DNA of 63,942 nucleotides from a virus (lineage: Duplodnaviria; Caudoviricetes): positions 1 to 63,942 of the IMG/VR virus record IMGVR_UViG_3300012663_000802. One strand, written 5' to 3'. Under the pieces are notes generated by a model. It saw only the letters and a program-made list of their open reading frames with translations, was not told where the DNA came from and searched no databases. Within the stretch, counting starts at the first letter, position 1, and every line of letters begins with the position of its first letter. Shown one piece after another: positions 50,296 to 59,006 of this stretch. Made by a program: the position numbers and the translations under genes.

Positions 50296-50555
50296 TACTT
50301 CTTACCTTTATCTAAATATCCGTTCTTTTTAGGGTTCTTATTATTATCTTTATCTTTAGGGCCCTTTGGTGGATTTTTTGGTGGGTTCTTTGGAGGTGGA
50401 GAACCGGCAGCTGCAGTTTTAGGCTTATTTTTTTTCTTGTTTTCCACGTACATTGGTTCTGTACGCTCAGGTAAACCTACTCCTCGGTCGCTATTACTTA
50501 GTCCTATTCTACCTACAGGTTGTAATCCTACGCTTTGGCTATCAAATTGTCCCAT
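50295..50555 (-). CDS. Lys/Pro-rich disordered protein
   Basis: PPKN repeats; TAATG coupling. Confidence 0.6.
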   Translation of the reverse strand: MGQFDSQSVGLQPVGRIGLSNSDRGVGLPERTEPMYVENKKKNKPKTAAAGSPPPKNPPKNPPKGPKDKDNNKNPKKNGYLDKGKK

Positions 50556-50557
50556 GA

Positions 50558-50851
50558 TTACTTCTTTCCAGCTCTGCGCTTATTCTCTTTGGCAGTATTC
50601 TTGCCATGCTTTAATGGTCTAAGGTTACTAGCAGAATCATCATCGTGGTCATTGTTCTTGTGATCTACGTCTGTACCCCTAGCTAGCTTTCCGTGCGTCT
50701 TTTCGTACTTAGCACGAGCAGCATTCTTAGAGGTAGTATGCCACTTACCTGACTTATCTTTATAGTGTTCAACAATAATTTTACGGCCGCCATTAGCAGC
50801 AGAGCCTTTGTACTCTTTACCGCCAGCTACTTCTTTTTTCTTAGTCGCCAT
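50558..50851 (-). CDS. HNH-motif protein
   Basis: DVDHKNNDHDDDSASNL...H..N. Confidence 0.75.
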   Translation of the reverse strand: MATKKKEVAGGKEYKGSAANGGRKIIVEHYKDKSGKWHTTSKNAARAKYEKTHGKLARGTDVDHKNNDHDDDSASNLRPLKHGKNTAKENKRRAGKK

Positions 50852-50991
50852 TACTTTTTAGCTTTCTTAGTCGGCTTCTTAACTTTATCTTTGCCTGAAC
50901 CTTCTGGTACACAGTTAGGGACTTTTTTGCCGCCCTTCATCTTCATACCAACCTGTACATAACCATCCCAGCACGGACCCTTTGTAGCCAT
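50851..50991 (-). CDS. 46-aa basic protein (not in ORF track)
   Basis: MATKGPCWDGYVQVGMKMKGGKKVPNCVP...; coupled at both ends. Confidence 0.75.
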   Translation of the reverse strand: MATKGPCWDGYVQVGMKMKGGKKVPNCVPEGSGKDKVKKPTKKAKK

Positions 50992-51254
50992 TAGCAGTCC
51001 CATGCCCTTCTTGCTTTATTTAAACGACTATCTGGATCTTTAGCTGCCTTAGGAAACTTCTTTGCTTGTCCAGCAGAACGTGCACAGTAAGACTTACGAC
51101 GTGCAGCAGACTTCTCAGACTTAGCAGCCTCTTCCTTTTTTACAGGAGGCTTAAGATTATGCCCTTCTTTTTTAGCAGAAGCTCTACCCTTAGCGTTTAG
51201 TCCTCCATTAGGGTTCTGACCTTCTTTACGTTGCCACGCAGCTGTTTTAGGCAT
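50991..51254 (-). CDS. basic protein, DUF6321-like
   Basis: GGLNAKGRAS...RRKSYCARS...SRLNKARRAWDC. Confidence 0.75.
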   Translation of the reverse strand: MPKTAAWQRKEGQNPNGGLNAKGRASAKKEGHNLKPPVKKEEAAKSEKSAARRKSYCARSAGQAKKFPKAAKDPDSRLNKARRAWDC

Positions 51255-51355
51255 TATGCTTCCCCATTCGTTGTACAAACGCAACGGCACAAGTTAGATA
51301 CACACACTGTCATATCCATTTCATGGTTGCAGTTCTTGCAGTATTTTGTACTCAT
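51254..51355 (-). CDS. 33-aa Cys-rich protein (not in ORF track)
   Basis: MSTKYCKNCNHEMDMTVCVSNLCRCVC; exactly fills the gap with TAATG coupling. Confidence 0.65.
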   Translation of the reverse strand: MSTKYCKNCNHEMDMTVCVSNLCRCVCTTNGEA

Positions 51356-51639
51356 TAATTATCCAAGTCTTTACGTTCAGGCAGCTTTTTATCATCTGCT
51401 GCACACCCATTAGCTAAGTGTAGCTGAGCTTTGTGACTAATTCCACGGGTATTGTTTTCCATAGAGAACTGAGAAAGCCCTACACGCCCACTGTTATTGG
51501 AGTTAAATATCTTTTCTCCGCAGGTTGTACAATCCCAGGTATGCCCTAGGCGATACTGATCCCATACAAAAGGGGATTCAGAAACAAGCTTTTGCAACCC
51601 TGTTGCTGGTGTACGAGGTTTTGATTTTCTGCGCCCCAT
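51355..51639 (-). CDS. hypothetical zinc-finger-like protein
   Basis: CTTC...H...C; coupled. Confidence 0.6.
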   Translation of the reverse strand: MGRRKSKPRTPATGLQKLVSESPFVWDQYRLGHTWDCTTCGEKIFNSNNSGRVGLSQFSMENNTRGISHKAQLHLANGCAADDKKLPERKDLDN

Positions 51640-51824
51640 TAGTTGTTGCTCCCTGAAGATCGTCCATGTCGCTGATTAGTAATCGCATGGTCTCCACCTT
51701 GATCAGGCTCTAAACCGTGTGCAAAATCAGCGTACTCATGTGCGTTTAAGCGCAAGTTTTTAGGCAAGCGCCCCTCTACTAAGCACTCAGCAACCACAGA
51801 ATAAAACGTCTCGTTAATAGACAT
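51639..51824 (-). CDS. hypothetical protein
   Basis: Operon context. Confidence 0.6.
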   Translation of the reverse strand: MSINETFYSVVAECLVEGRLPKNLRLNAHEYADFAHGLEPDQGGDHAITNQRHGRSSGSNN

Positions 51825-51826
51825 TT

Positions 51827-54757
51827 TTATTTCCCAGCGTTAAACTCGCGGGCTTTTGCTGCTGCTTCCATGATTTGCTGGCTTCCAGCCATATCACCTA
51901 GAATACGTGTGGCAGCAGGACCTGCACCATCAGTATCAATTGGTGCAGACTTAGGAGATCTAGGACCTGCCTTAGGAAGACCACCTGGAGCAGGAACTAC
52001 TGCACGAGGATGTTCGCTACCTTTAGCGCGATTCTCTTGTGAAACGTTGTTTGCTAGATCTGCGTCGGTACTACCAATGTTTCCAATCCAACGTTGATCT
52101 AAGAATCCCCATTGTTGTCCGCTACGCTTAAACTTCTTACCAGTAGTAACATCTACGCCAAAATTAGCTTTAGAAGCCTCAGCACGTGCGTTTTCTTCTT
52201 CACGCTCTAGTTGACCAAAATCAAGCATAGGTTGAACAGCAGTACTAGGCTTCTTTTCCAAATTGATGCGGCTGTACTTGCTAGCTTCAGTAGATGTCAT
52301 TGTTGGCTTGCTTAGAGCAGGAGCTTCACCTGTAGGCATAGCTGCTTGAATCCACTCTTGGCGCTCTGTCAAAGGAGCCTGTGTTGGACTAAAAGGAGTA
52401 GCGTATGCTGTATGACCGGGAATTAAAGGCAATTCTTCCGTAATAATCGCATTAGTTCTTTTATTTCTTCGTGCAGGTCTTGCTTGAGATCCTGTAGTTG
52501 GTTGTGGACCTTCTGCACCATCTGCTGGGGCACTTACAGGTTCAAAGAACTTTTGAAGAGGCTTTGGCATCATATTACCTGTAGCGGTACGACTTCTAAC
52601 AAATAAACGCTTAGCACCCTTAACACCCACTGTGGGTGGGTTAGGGATAGGGTTGCCTACATGATCTACACGATATGATGGCATTTCTGTAGGTTTAGTA
52701 TTATCAACTGAACCAAATCCACGTCCACCAGCTGAACCGGTGTTTTCATCTTGATCACGAAGTTTTTCGCTAAGAGCTGTATTTTCTGCCGCTGTGCCAG
52801 CAACTACTTTCTTTCCAGGTTGAAATGCTGATGCGCCATCTGTAGCTGTAGATTGTAAAGTAGCCGTTTCTGTAGGAATTGCTACATCCTCATCAGCTCT
52901 ACCCAAATATGCTGGGTCTACTCGTTGTCCAGGAGTACGAGGAGCCGCACCAAATCTAACATCTCTTGCAGCTTCTCCAACACCACTTACTGGTCCGCTA
53001 CCAACTGTAGCGGCCAGCTGCTGAGAAACTAGGTGGCTAACATCTTTAATTACGTTTTTACCGCGACCACTACGCTTGTAGACTGTTGTGTCTTCTGCAG
53101 GTGTGTCTGTAGTCTTGAAAGTATCTTGTGGTTCTGTAGTTACTTTTTTAGGCTCATCAAGTGCACGACCTGTAGTTGGATCAGTTATTTGAGTACTACT
53201 TATTCTACCTTTTGTAGAAACACCGCTTGCAGCTGCAATCTGTGCCATAGCTCGAGCAGCTTCTCCAATTTCTGCACGACTCTGCTTAGATCCCATAGGA
53301 AGAGCTTCACGTGTCTGTTGAAGAGTATAGTCATAAGCAGGCATAGGAGCAGTTTGTGGGTTAGCGTCTAAAGGTAGAACGCTAGATCGATAGCTCCAAT
53401 TACCTGGTCGTTGAGCTAAATTTTCACGTCCTGAATTTCCATCAGTTGGGGTTTTCCACCAACCAATATGTGTAGGAACAGTAGTTTGCAGGTTACCACG
53501 ACTATCTTTATAAACAGATGTGTTGGTTCCTTTTGTTGCAGTAAGGTCTGGTAACCCCTCGCCTGTTATAGGCATGTTGTGAACAGTAGACCACTCACTA
53601 ATAGGATGAGTTGCTCCTGTTTCAGGATGTGTAAAAGTATCGTTTTCATGCAGATGTTGCATGCCGTAGTTGACAGGTGTAGCTGAATCTTTTTTATCTT
53701 GCAAAAGAGCGTGACGACTTTCTACAACATCATACTCAGTCATCTTCATTTTACGAGCATAGGTAGAAATATCATCTGGGTTTTCTCCTGCGGCCTGTAA
53801 ACGACCTAGGCGTTCGTAGTGACCGCCTTTGTGAGCAAAAGGAGATGCGTAATCTTCAGAACCTTGTAGTCCTGCAAGACGATTAGCCCTACCTGAGTTC
53901 TTTTGCCAATCTAAATCATAGAGGCGATGTGCACGTGCAATATCTGCAGGTACTTCCATCTCTCCGTGTACAGGGTGGTTAATGATTTCTGAAGGTGTGC
54001 CTTCTTGCATACCTGGCAAACCCATGCCTGAAGCAAGACGTCCTTCAGTATTTTCTTGAACTGCAGGTGATGCAGGTTGAGCACGGTTACCACGAACCGC
54101 TCCTGTTGGAGCAGGAGTAAAGATTCCAGTACTTGTGCTTGGTGACCAACTGCCCTTAGGTTGATCCATGTCAGCAACTGGTATGTTAACTGGTTCAAAT
54201 TTAGATTCTTGTTCTGGTTTTTGATTAACAAAGCTTGCGTTACCAGCACGAATTGCTACAAGCTCTTCTACAGTAACACCTGCTGCTGCTGCATCTACTG
54301 CTGCTTGTTCTGAAGGTGTCTTCTCACGACGAGCTTCTGCAATATCTTTTTCATCAAGTCTTGCGATAGAGTTCTTAACTCCTCGACTAACTCTTCCTTG
54401 CCCACTCTTACCAAGATCTTCAGCTGTATTTAGTGTGTAGGCTTGAGTATCTTGCTTAATGTCACCTGTAGCAGGATCAAAGCTAACCTCTGTACCTTTA
54501 TTTGGACCAGACTGAACTGTATGCTTTTTTGCATCGTGTTTTGTATCTGGACCTTTAAGATCTACATCACAAGTTGCGCACTTCTTTGTTACATTGCCTC
54601 CACCTAAAGTAACTTCAATTGGCGTACGTGGGGCAATACCCTCTGTTGCTTTAACAACTTTTTCTACCTTAGTTGCTTTAGCAGCTTTCTTTGAATCTCT
54701 GCGAGCAGCACGATTAGCAGGATTGTTCTTATTTACTTTTTTACCACGCTCAGCCAT
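51827..54757 (-). CDS. large, mostly disordered hypothetical protein
   Basis: 976-aa ORF rich in Pro/Ala/Gly/Thr. Confidence 0.8.
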   Translation of the reverse strand: MAERGKKVNKNNPANRAARRDSKKAAKATKVEKVVKATEGIAPRTPIEVTLGGGNVTKKCATCDVDLKGPDTKHDAKKHTVQSGPNKGTEVSFDPATGDIKQDTQAYTLNTAEDLGKSGQGRVSRGVKNSIARLDEKDIAEARREKTPSEQAAVDAAAAGVTVEELVAIRAGNASFVNQKPEQESKFEPVNIPVADMDQPKGSWSPSTSTGIFTPAPTGAVRGNRAQPASPAVQENTEGRLASGMGLPGMQEGTPSEIINHPVHGEMEVPADIARAHRLYDLDWQKNSGRANRLAGLQGSEDYASPFAHKGGHYERLGRLQAAGENPDDISTYARKMKMTEYDVVESRHALLQDKKDSATPVNYGMQHLHENDTFTHPETGATHPISEWSTVHNMPITGEGLPDLTATKGTNTSVYKDSRGNLQTTVPTHIGWWKTPTDGNSGRENLAQRPGNWSYRSSVLPLDANPQTAPMPAYDYTLQQTREALPMGSKQSRAEIGEAARAMAQIAAASGVSTKGRISSTQITDPTTGRALDEPKKVTTEPQDTFKTTDTPAEDTTVYKRSGRGKNVIKDVSHLVSQQLAATVGSGPVSGVGEAARDVRFGAAPRTPGQRVDPAYLGRADEDVAIPTETATLQSTATDGASAFQPGKKVVAGTAAENTALSEKLRDQDENTGSAGGRGFGSVDNTKPTEMPSYRVDHVGNPIPNPPTVGVKGAKRLFVRSRTATGNMMPKPLQKFFEPVSAPADGAEGPQPTTGSQARPARRNKRTNAIITEELPLIPGHTAYATPFSPTQAPLTERQEWIQAAMPTGEAPALSKPTMTSTEASKYSRINLEKKPSTAVQPMLDFGQLEREEENARAEASKANFGVDVTTGKKFKRSGQQWGFLDQRWIGNIGSTDADLANNVSQENRAKGSEHPRAVVPAPGGLPKAGPRSPKSAPIDTDGAGPAATRILGDMAGSQQIMEAAAKAREFNAGK

Positions 54758-55491
54758 TATACTCCACCATCTGTTCCTGTTTTTTTAACTCTAGGGGCCC
54801 TAGCTTTTTTAATTTTTGGTGCAGTAACTTCTGGTGAACCAGTGCTTGGTCCAGTTGGATTATCACCAAAAGGTAACTCTGGTTGTTGCCACCCTCCTTT
54901 ATCAGGTGTAGCATCTGTTCCTACCTGCGGTGCAATAGGTGCAACCTTAGTTTTGCGTCCTCGTTTTTTACCGCCATCAGCAGCAGGAGTTTCTGTCTTA
55001 GTACCTGCATTACCTCCGCTAACTCCTAATAGTGGGTTGCCTTTTAGTAGAGGACCAATATTTTGCAATCTTCCGGGTGCAGACATTAATGGGGAAATAC
55101 CTGTAGAAGGATCTTGAGAGTTAGCGTACAGTCCTGCGGTTTGTGTCTCTAGATCTTTAGTAGCACGTTTGCCTTTATGTGTTGTAGTGATACGCTCTTG
55201 ACGACCAGCTTCTTTTGTTTGCTTAATCTTGTTTCCGCTTTTAGTGTTTTCAAGAGTAGTATCAAAATAATTGCTTATAGCTTTAGATGAACCCTCTGCT
55301 ATTACGTTTGTCATAGCTCTATGAGTATCGCGTTCTTTAGCAAGCTCGTGCCCCTGCAGCATCAACTCGCCTTCTTTTCCAAAACGGTAGTCGATTTCTT
55401 TTTTGCGCTGCCAACTTCGCAGCACCATGCCTAGTGGGTTAAACCCAGCACCTGACCCTGCTTGAGTAACGTTCTGATTCATATTTCTCAT
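54757..55491 (-). CDS. hypothetical disordered protein
   Basis: 244-aa ORF, coupled at both ends. Confidence 0.7.
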   Translation of the reverse strand: MRNMNQNVTQAGSGAGFNPLGMVLRSWQRKKEIDYRFGKEGELMLQGHELAKERDTHRAMTNVIAEGSSKAISNYFDTTLENTKSGNKIKQTKEAGRQERITTTHKGKRATKDLETQTAGLYANSQDPSTGISPLMSAPGRLQNIGPLLKGNPLLGVSGGNAGTKTETPAADGGKKRGRKTKVAPIAPQVGTDATPDKGGWQQPELPFGDNPTGPSTGSPEVTAPKIKKARAPRVKKTGTDGGV

Positions 55492-55700
55492 ACGGATCCC
55501 ATTTCTTTTTCGTATATGCCCAGAATTCTAGCAACTCCACCCTGGTTTGTAAGCGCTTGGGCGTTCTTATTATAGTGATGTTGGCAGAAAGATAGGTACC
55601 CATACGGCAGATCTACCCCGCACACTGCCCTAGCCGAGCACTGGTCACACTGAACTCGTCCTTCTTCCACCTGCTTTGAAGCCTCTATTACCTGAGTCAT
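55488..55700 (-). CDS. small zinc-binding protein
   Basis: CDQC...LSFCQHH. Confidence 0.7.
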   Translation of the reverse strand: MTQVIEASKQVEEGRVQCDQCSARAVCGVDLPYGYLSFCQHHYNKNAQALTNQGGVARILGIYEKEMGSV

Positions 55701-55722
55701 AGAATTATTGTCTCACTAAAGC

Positions 55723-55755
55723 AAAAAGCCGGGAGCGTGAACTCCCGGCTCTTTT
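55723..55755. terminator. intrinsic terminator
   Basis: AAAAAGCCGGGAG-cgtgaa-CTCCCGGCTCTTTT. Confidence 0.8.
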
Positions 55756-55768
55756 ATTTGCTTTAAGC

Positions 55769-56740
55769 TTATGAAGCTGTTGCAAACGGTGTAATTGTGA
55801 TTGTTGCTGTTGTTGCCACTGAACCTGTACCAGCTGCAACTGACTGTGTCTTGATTGTTCCAGCAACACCTGTGAGACCAGCAACAGAAAGACCTGTTGT
55901 TGAAAGTGCTCCAGAAGTTGTTGTTGTAAATGACACTGTGTTTGTAGCGACTGCTGTAACTGTCCAAGTACCGTTGAGAGCTGTATCTGGTGATACAAGG
56001 CTTGCAACTGTAATCTTTGTTCCAACTGGGTACTTTGCACCAGCACCTGTTGAGGTGATTGTTGCTGTTGTACCTGTGCGTGAAACTGCTGTGATTGTTG
56101 AAGCTGCGTTTGTAGCTGCTGTTGCTGTTGTAATGCTAGCTGCTTCGTAACCTGCATCCTTAAGCTCATCAAGAGCATTAGCTAGTGTTTCACCAACTAC
56201 TGAAGGTACGTTGATGTAAGCAATTCCTGCGCCATCAGCTGCTGAAAGAGCAGTTGTTGACTGAACCTTACCGTACTGTCCTGTAATCAAACCAACGTTA
56301 GCTGAGTTAGTTACTGTGAAGCCAAGCTTGTTAGCTGTAGCGACTGTAGCTGAAGATAGGTTGTAAGCTGAAGCTGTAAGTCCTGTAATATTTACAACGT
56401 CTCCTGCTGCAAGCTGGTTTTGTGATGTGTATGAAACTGTTGTGCCGTCACCTGAAACTGCTGTAACAATATAGTTACCTGCTGCAGCTACGAATGCTGG
56501 ATATCCAGCCCAGTCTGCTTCTGCAATTGCGTGGCTGTCAAGAGCTGCGTTAAGACGTGCACTTGGGTAAACTGAGTGTCCAGTCCATTGCTTGTTGTAA
56601 GTTGCGTTGTTTGCTACAACCTCAACAGCTGTTCCGTCTGTACGGTCATCATTTGGTTGCATAGGGAAGTTTCCCCATACGAAGTCTACGAATACGTTGC
56701 CGGATGAATCCAACAAGTTTCCATTGTTATTTGTTGCCAT
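55769..56740 (-). CDS. Thr/Ala-rich protein with FCCH-like inserts and a split PASTA-like domain
   Basis: VPSVVGETLANALDELKDAGY...GTIKTQSVAAGT...ITIT; strong codon bias; own terminator. Confidence 0.7.
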   Translation of the reverse strand: MATNNNGNLLDSSGNVFVDFVWGNFPMQPNDDRTDGTAVEVVANNATYNKQWTGHSVYPSARLNAALDSHAIAEADWAGYPAFVAAAGNYIVTAVSGDGTTVSYTSQNQLAAGDVVNITGLTASAYNLSSATVATANKLGFTVTNSANVGLITGQYGKVQSTTALSAADGAGIAYINVPSVVGETLANALDELKDAGYEAASITTATAATNAASTITAVSRTGTTATITSTGAGAKYPVGTKITVASLVSPDTALNGTWTVTAVATNTVSFTTTTSGALSTTGLSVAGLTGVAGTIKTQSVAAGTGSVATTATITITPFATAS

Positions 56741-56802
56741 TTGTATTCCTTCACTTGATCAATGTGAGTGTCCGGGATTGGACTGACCAATAATGACAGA
56801 AA

Positions 56803-57369
56803 TTAAGCTTCTTGTACCTGTGTAATGATCTTACCACCAGAATATATATCGTGCTTTATAGCAGCCTCTATAGCTTTTCGCAGAATTTTTTCTGCGGCCT
56901 CTGGAGTAGTTGCCTTTTCATAGTTAAGAGCCTCTAAAGCGCCCAAAGCAATATCTCCACCGCTACCTGCGTAATAAACGCGGCGGGCTTCTCTATCCCA
57001 AGAGTAGTCATTAAAAATCGGGTAGATAACACCACGAACCGAAACTAGAAGGTTAGAGTCGTGAAATGCTGCGTCTCCATCTTCCTTACCTTCAAAGCCG
57101 GCATCTTGAAATGCTTTACGCATCGAAGGAATAAAAGTTTTAGTCATAAAGGTATCTAAGTTATCTGTAGCACGTGGCTTTGGTGGTTTCCAACCAAACT
57201 GTGTAATATTTCCACCACGAGATGCACCAGAGACAGCTATCAGTACACCGTTGTTATTAATAATTTTTGGTGTTGCTAAATCCATGTAGCGACCATCTTC
57301 ATCAGATGCACGACTATCGCATCCGATTACGGTCCAGCCATCACCCTGTATAGCAGCAAGCGTAGTCAT
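56803..57369 (-). CDS. Ntn-hydrolase protease, HslV/proteasome beta-like
   Basis: N-terminal (M)TT, DSR, K at position ~33, AGSGG..ALG, DIYSGG. Confidence 0.88.
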   Translation of the reverse strand: MTTLAAIQGDGWTVIGCDSRASDEDGRYMDLATPKIINNNGVLIAVSGASRGGNITQFGWKPPKPRATDNLDTFMTKTFIPSMRKAFQDAGFEGKEDGDAAFHDSNLLVSVRGVIYPIFNDYSWDREARRVYYAGSGGDIALGALEALNYEKATTPEAAEKILRKAIEAAIKHDIYSGGKIITQVQEA

Positions 57370-57404
57370 TAGAACCCTCTCTTGTATAGCTATAGGATAG
57401 CAGA

Positions 57405-57869
57405 CTAATCTATGGTACCTTGCCCAAAGCTCTGCTCGTTACTTTGCGGAGGGGTTCCTGTAACAGTATCCCACATACCACCTGTATACCTAGCTAGCAC
57501 GTTGTCAATATAGTCAGTTGTAGAGCCGTAGTTTCCTAGCTGATCCCATTCGCCCTGAGATACTCCAGGGTAGCCTACAACTGTATCGTCACGCATTAGG
57601 ATTACTAAATACTCTTGCTCTTTGTTGTAACCTAGCTTTTGAGCTCTAGAACGCCCACTGTTCCTTGATGGGGCTGGATCGACTACTTCATAGCCAACAC
57701 CAAATTGAGGGTCCACAATAGAGGTGTTACCAACAAGTTGGTTCATTCCGTCGTTACGTCCACCAAAGTAACCTGGAGGAGGATCTATTCCATACTTAGA
57801 CTTATAGGCAGCAGTCATTGCTGCTTTGTACTCAGGTGTATCTGAGAAGAATCTATGTGCTCTTGCCAT
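57405..57869 (-). CDS. KTSC-like domain protein
   Basis: RAQKLGYNKEQEYLVILMRD...YPGVSQGEWDQL. Confidence 0.55.
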   Translation of the reverse strand: MARAHRFFSDTPEYKAAMTAAYKSKYGIDPPPGYFGGRNDGMNQLVGNTSIVDPQFGVGYEVVDPAPSRNSGRSRAQKLGYNKEQEYLVILMRDDTVVGYPGVSQGEWDQLGNYGSTTDYIDNVLARYTGGMWDTVTGTPPQSNEQSFGQGTID

Positions 57870-57878
57870 AAGAGTATG

Positions 57879-58049
57879 CTACTCCTTACCGGCCCAACCG
57901 CCACCTTTAAAGTGAGCGGGTGTGGCTGACCAGACGCGGGACATATTTGTGCTACACCCAGAACACATAGGCAGGGTATCCTCATGGAAAGAGCGTTCAA
58001 ACTCTACAGTGATTCCACACTTGTCACATTTAAAATCATACTTTGGCAT
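57879..58049 (-). CDS. FmdB-family zinc ribbon protein
   Basis: MPKYDFKCDKCG...CSGC...FKGGGW. Confidence 0.85.
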   Translation of the reverse strand: MPKYDFKCDKCGITVEFERSFHEDTLPMCSGCSTNMSRVWSATPAHFKGGGWAGKE

Positions 58050-58144
58050 TAGTCTTGGCACTCCTTGCATCTAGCAGTCGGGTTCTTAGTTCCTACTTCT
58101 ACTTTGAACATAACTCCACAATTGAAGCAGAGCACATTCAACAT
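58049..58144 (-). CDS. small zinc ribbon protein
   Basis: MLNVLCFNCG...RCKECQD with GAAGGA Shine-Dalgarno. Confidence 0.55.
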   Translation of the reverse strand: MLNVLCFNCGVMFKVEVGTKNPTARCKECQD

Positions 58145-58206
58145 CAATCCTTCTTGTTCCATAATTTCCAAACTTTCGGCGGGCAACTTTTGGTGTGTGT
58201 ACAGCG

Positions 58207-58278
58207 CTGATCTTCCTGGATTCGAACCAGGGACAACTCGATTAACAGTCGAGGGCTCTGCCGCTGAGCTAAAGATCA
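58207..58278 (-). tRNA. trnN: tRNA-Asn(GTT), CCA not encoded
   Basis: Cloverleaf: acceptor TGATCTT/AAGATCA, D arm GCTC/GAGC, anticodon arm CTCGA-CTGTTAA-TCGAG, T arm CCTGG-TTCGAAT-CCAGG, discriminator G. Confidence 0.96.
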
Positions 58279-58283
58279 ATAAA

Positions 58284-58379
58284 GGACCTGTAAGCCCAGT
58301 GCGCCTTAGAGTGCTACGGCGTATCCGTTAACTTTCGCTAACTCACCAGCTTTTACTAGATTGCGGTACTTACAGGTCC
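58284..58379 (-). ncRNA. unidentified 96-nt multi-stem RNA
   Basis: 11-bp closing stem GGACCTGTAAG/CTTACAGGTCC enclosing three hairpins, one with a GAAA tetraloop; promoter directly upstream. Confidence 0.65.
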
Positions 58380-58389
58380 GTTAATTAAT

Positions 58390-58398
58390 ATTCTACCA
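58390..58398 (-). promoter_or_regulatory. extended -10 promoter of the ncRNA-tRNA transcript
   Basis: TGGTAGAAT, same as the motif at 49258-49266. Confidence 0.65.
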
Positions 58399-58402
58399 CA
58401 AG

Positions 58403-58936
58403 TTACTTGATTTCAATAACCTTTGCCTTCTTCTCCTCGGGTAGCTCTTGCTCCAAAGTAATTCGTAGCAATCCATCCTTAAGCTCTGCACCCTTGACGA
58501 CGATATACTCAGCTAGAGCGAACTCTTGCTTGAAGTCACGGGTAGCGATTCCCTTATGGATAGCTTCTTCCTGAGGTGCCCCTAATTCGCCTTCTACGGT
58601 CAACTGGAGCTCTTTGACACTGATCTTGATATCTTCCTTAGCAAAACCAGCTACAGCCAGCTCTAGGACGTATGTGTCCTTGTTTTTGTAGATGTTGTAT
58701 GGAGGATACCCGCCAGTTTTTACCTCAGCACTGATGTGCTTGAAGGTGTCAAATAGAGGATCGAAACCAATTGCCCAGCGATTGAACTGAGGAAAGAGCG
58801 AATTGATTGTAATTACCTCTGGTTTTGTGATTTTAGGGTAATGACCCCACTCTTTTGGATTCTTTGGTCCAAATGGATCAGTGTAACGATCCATGTGATT
58901 GTCTTTATTGTTTCCTTGCATAGGCATATTAGCCAT
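58403..58936 (-). CDS. Hsp20 small heat-shock protein (IbpA-like)
   Basis: YPPYNI, LAVAGF, HKGIATRDF, AELKDGLLRI.L, IEI. Confidence 0.93.
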   Translation of the reverse strand: MANMPMQGNNKDNHMDRYTDPFGPKNPKEWGHYPKITKPEVITINSLFPQFNRWAIGFDPLFDTFKHISAEVKTGGYPPYNIYKNKDTYVLELAVAGFAKEDIKISVKELQLTVEGELGAPQEEAIHKGIATRDFKQEFALAEYIVVKGAELKDGLLRITLEQELPEEKKAKVIEIK

Positions 58937-58997
58937 TTTTATCTCCTTAGACGATAAATTAGTTAAAAGAGGACTCATTTGAGCTCCTCTAATCAAT

Positions 58998-59006
58998 ATT
59001 ATAGCA
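58998..59006 (-). promoter_or_regulatory. extended -10 promoter for hsp20
   Basis: TGCTATAAT. Confidence 0.65.

Noticed and set aside
50558-50851. Mobile intron or homing element around the HNH gene
   Set aside because: The gene is translationally coupled in an operon and interrupts nothing
55705-56178. Gln-rich 157-aa ORF and other overlapping or antisense ORFs in the track
   Set aside because: Alternate-frame shadows of ACA/GCA-rich structural genes with no ribosome-binding sites
58150-58206. Theta (HDV-like) ribozyme downstream of the tRNA
   Set aside because: Could not build the nested double pseudoknot by eye
58049-58331. ORFs 58049-58279 and 58065-58331
   Set aside because: They run through the tRNA; only the short 3' zinc-ribbon part is credible
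58284-58379. Hammerhead ribozyme
   Set aside because: CUGGUGA...GGAU departs from the CUGANGA...GAAA core and stem I cannot form
58937-58997. ROSE-type RNA thermometer for hsp20
   Set aside because: The leader hairpin does not cover the Shine-Dalgarno and the ROSE motif is absent
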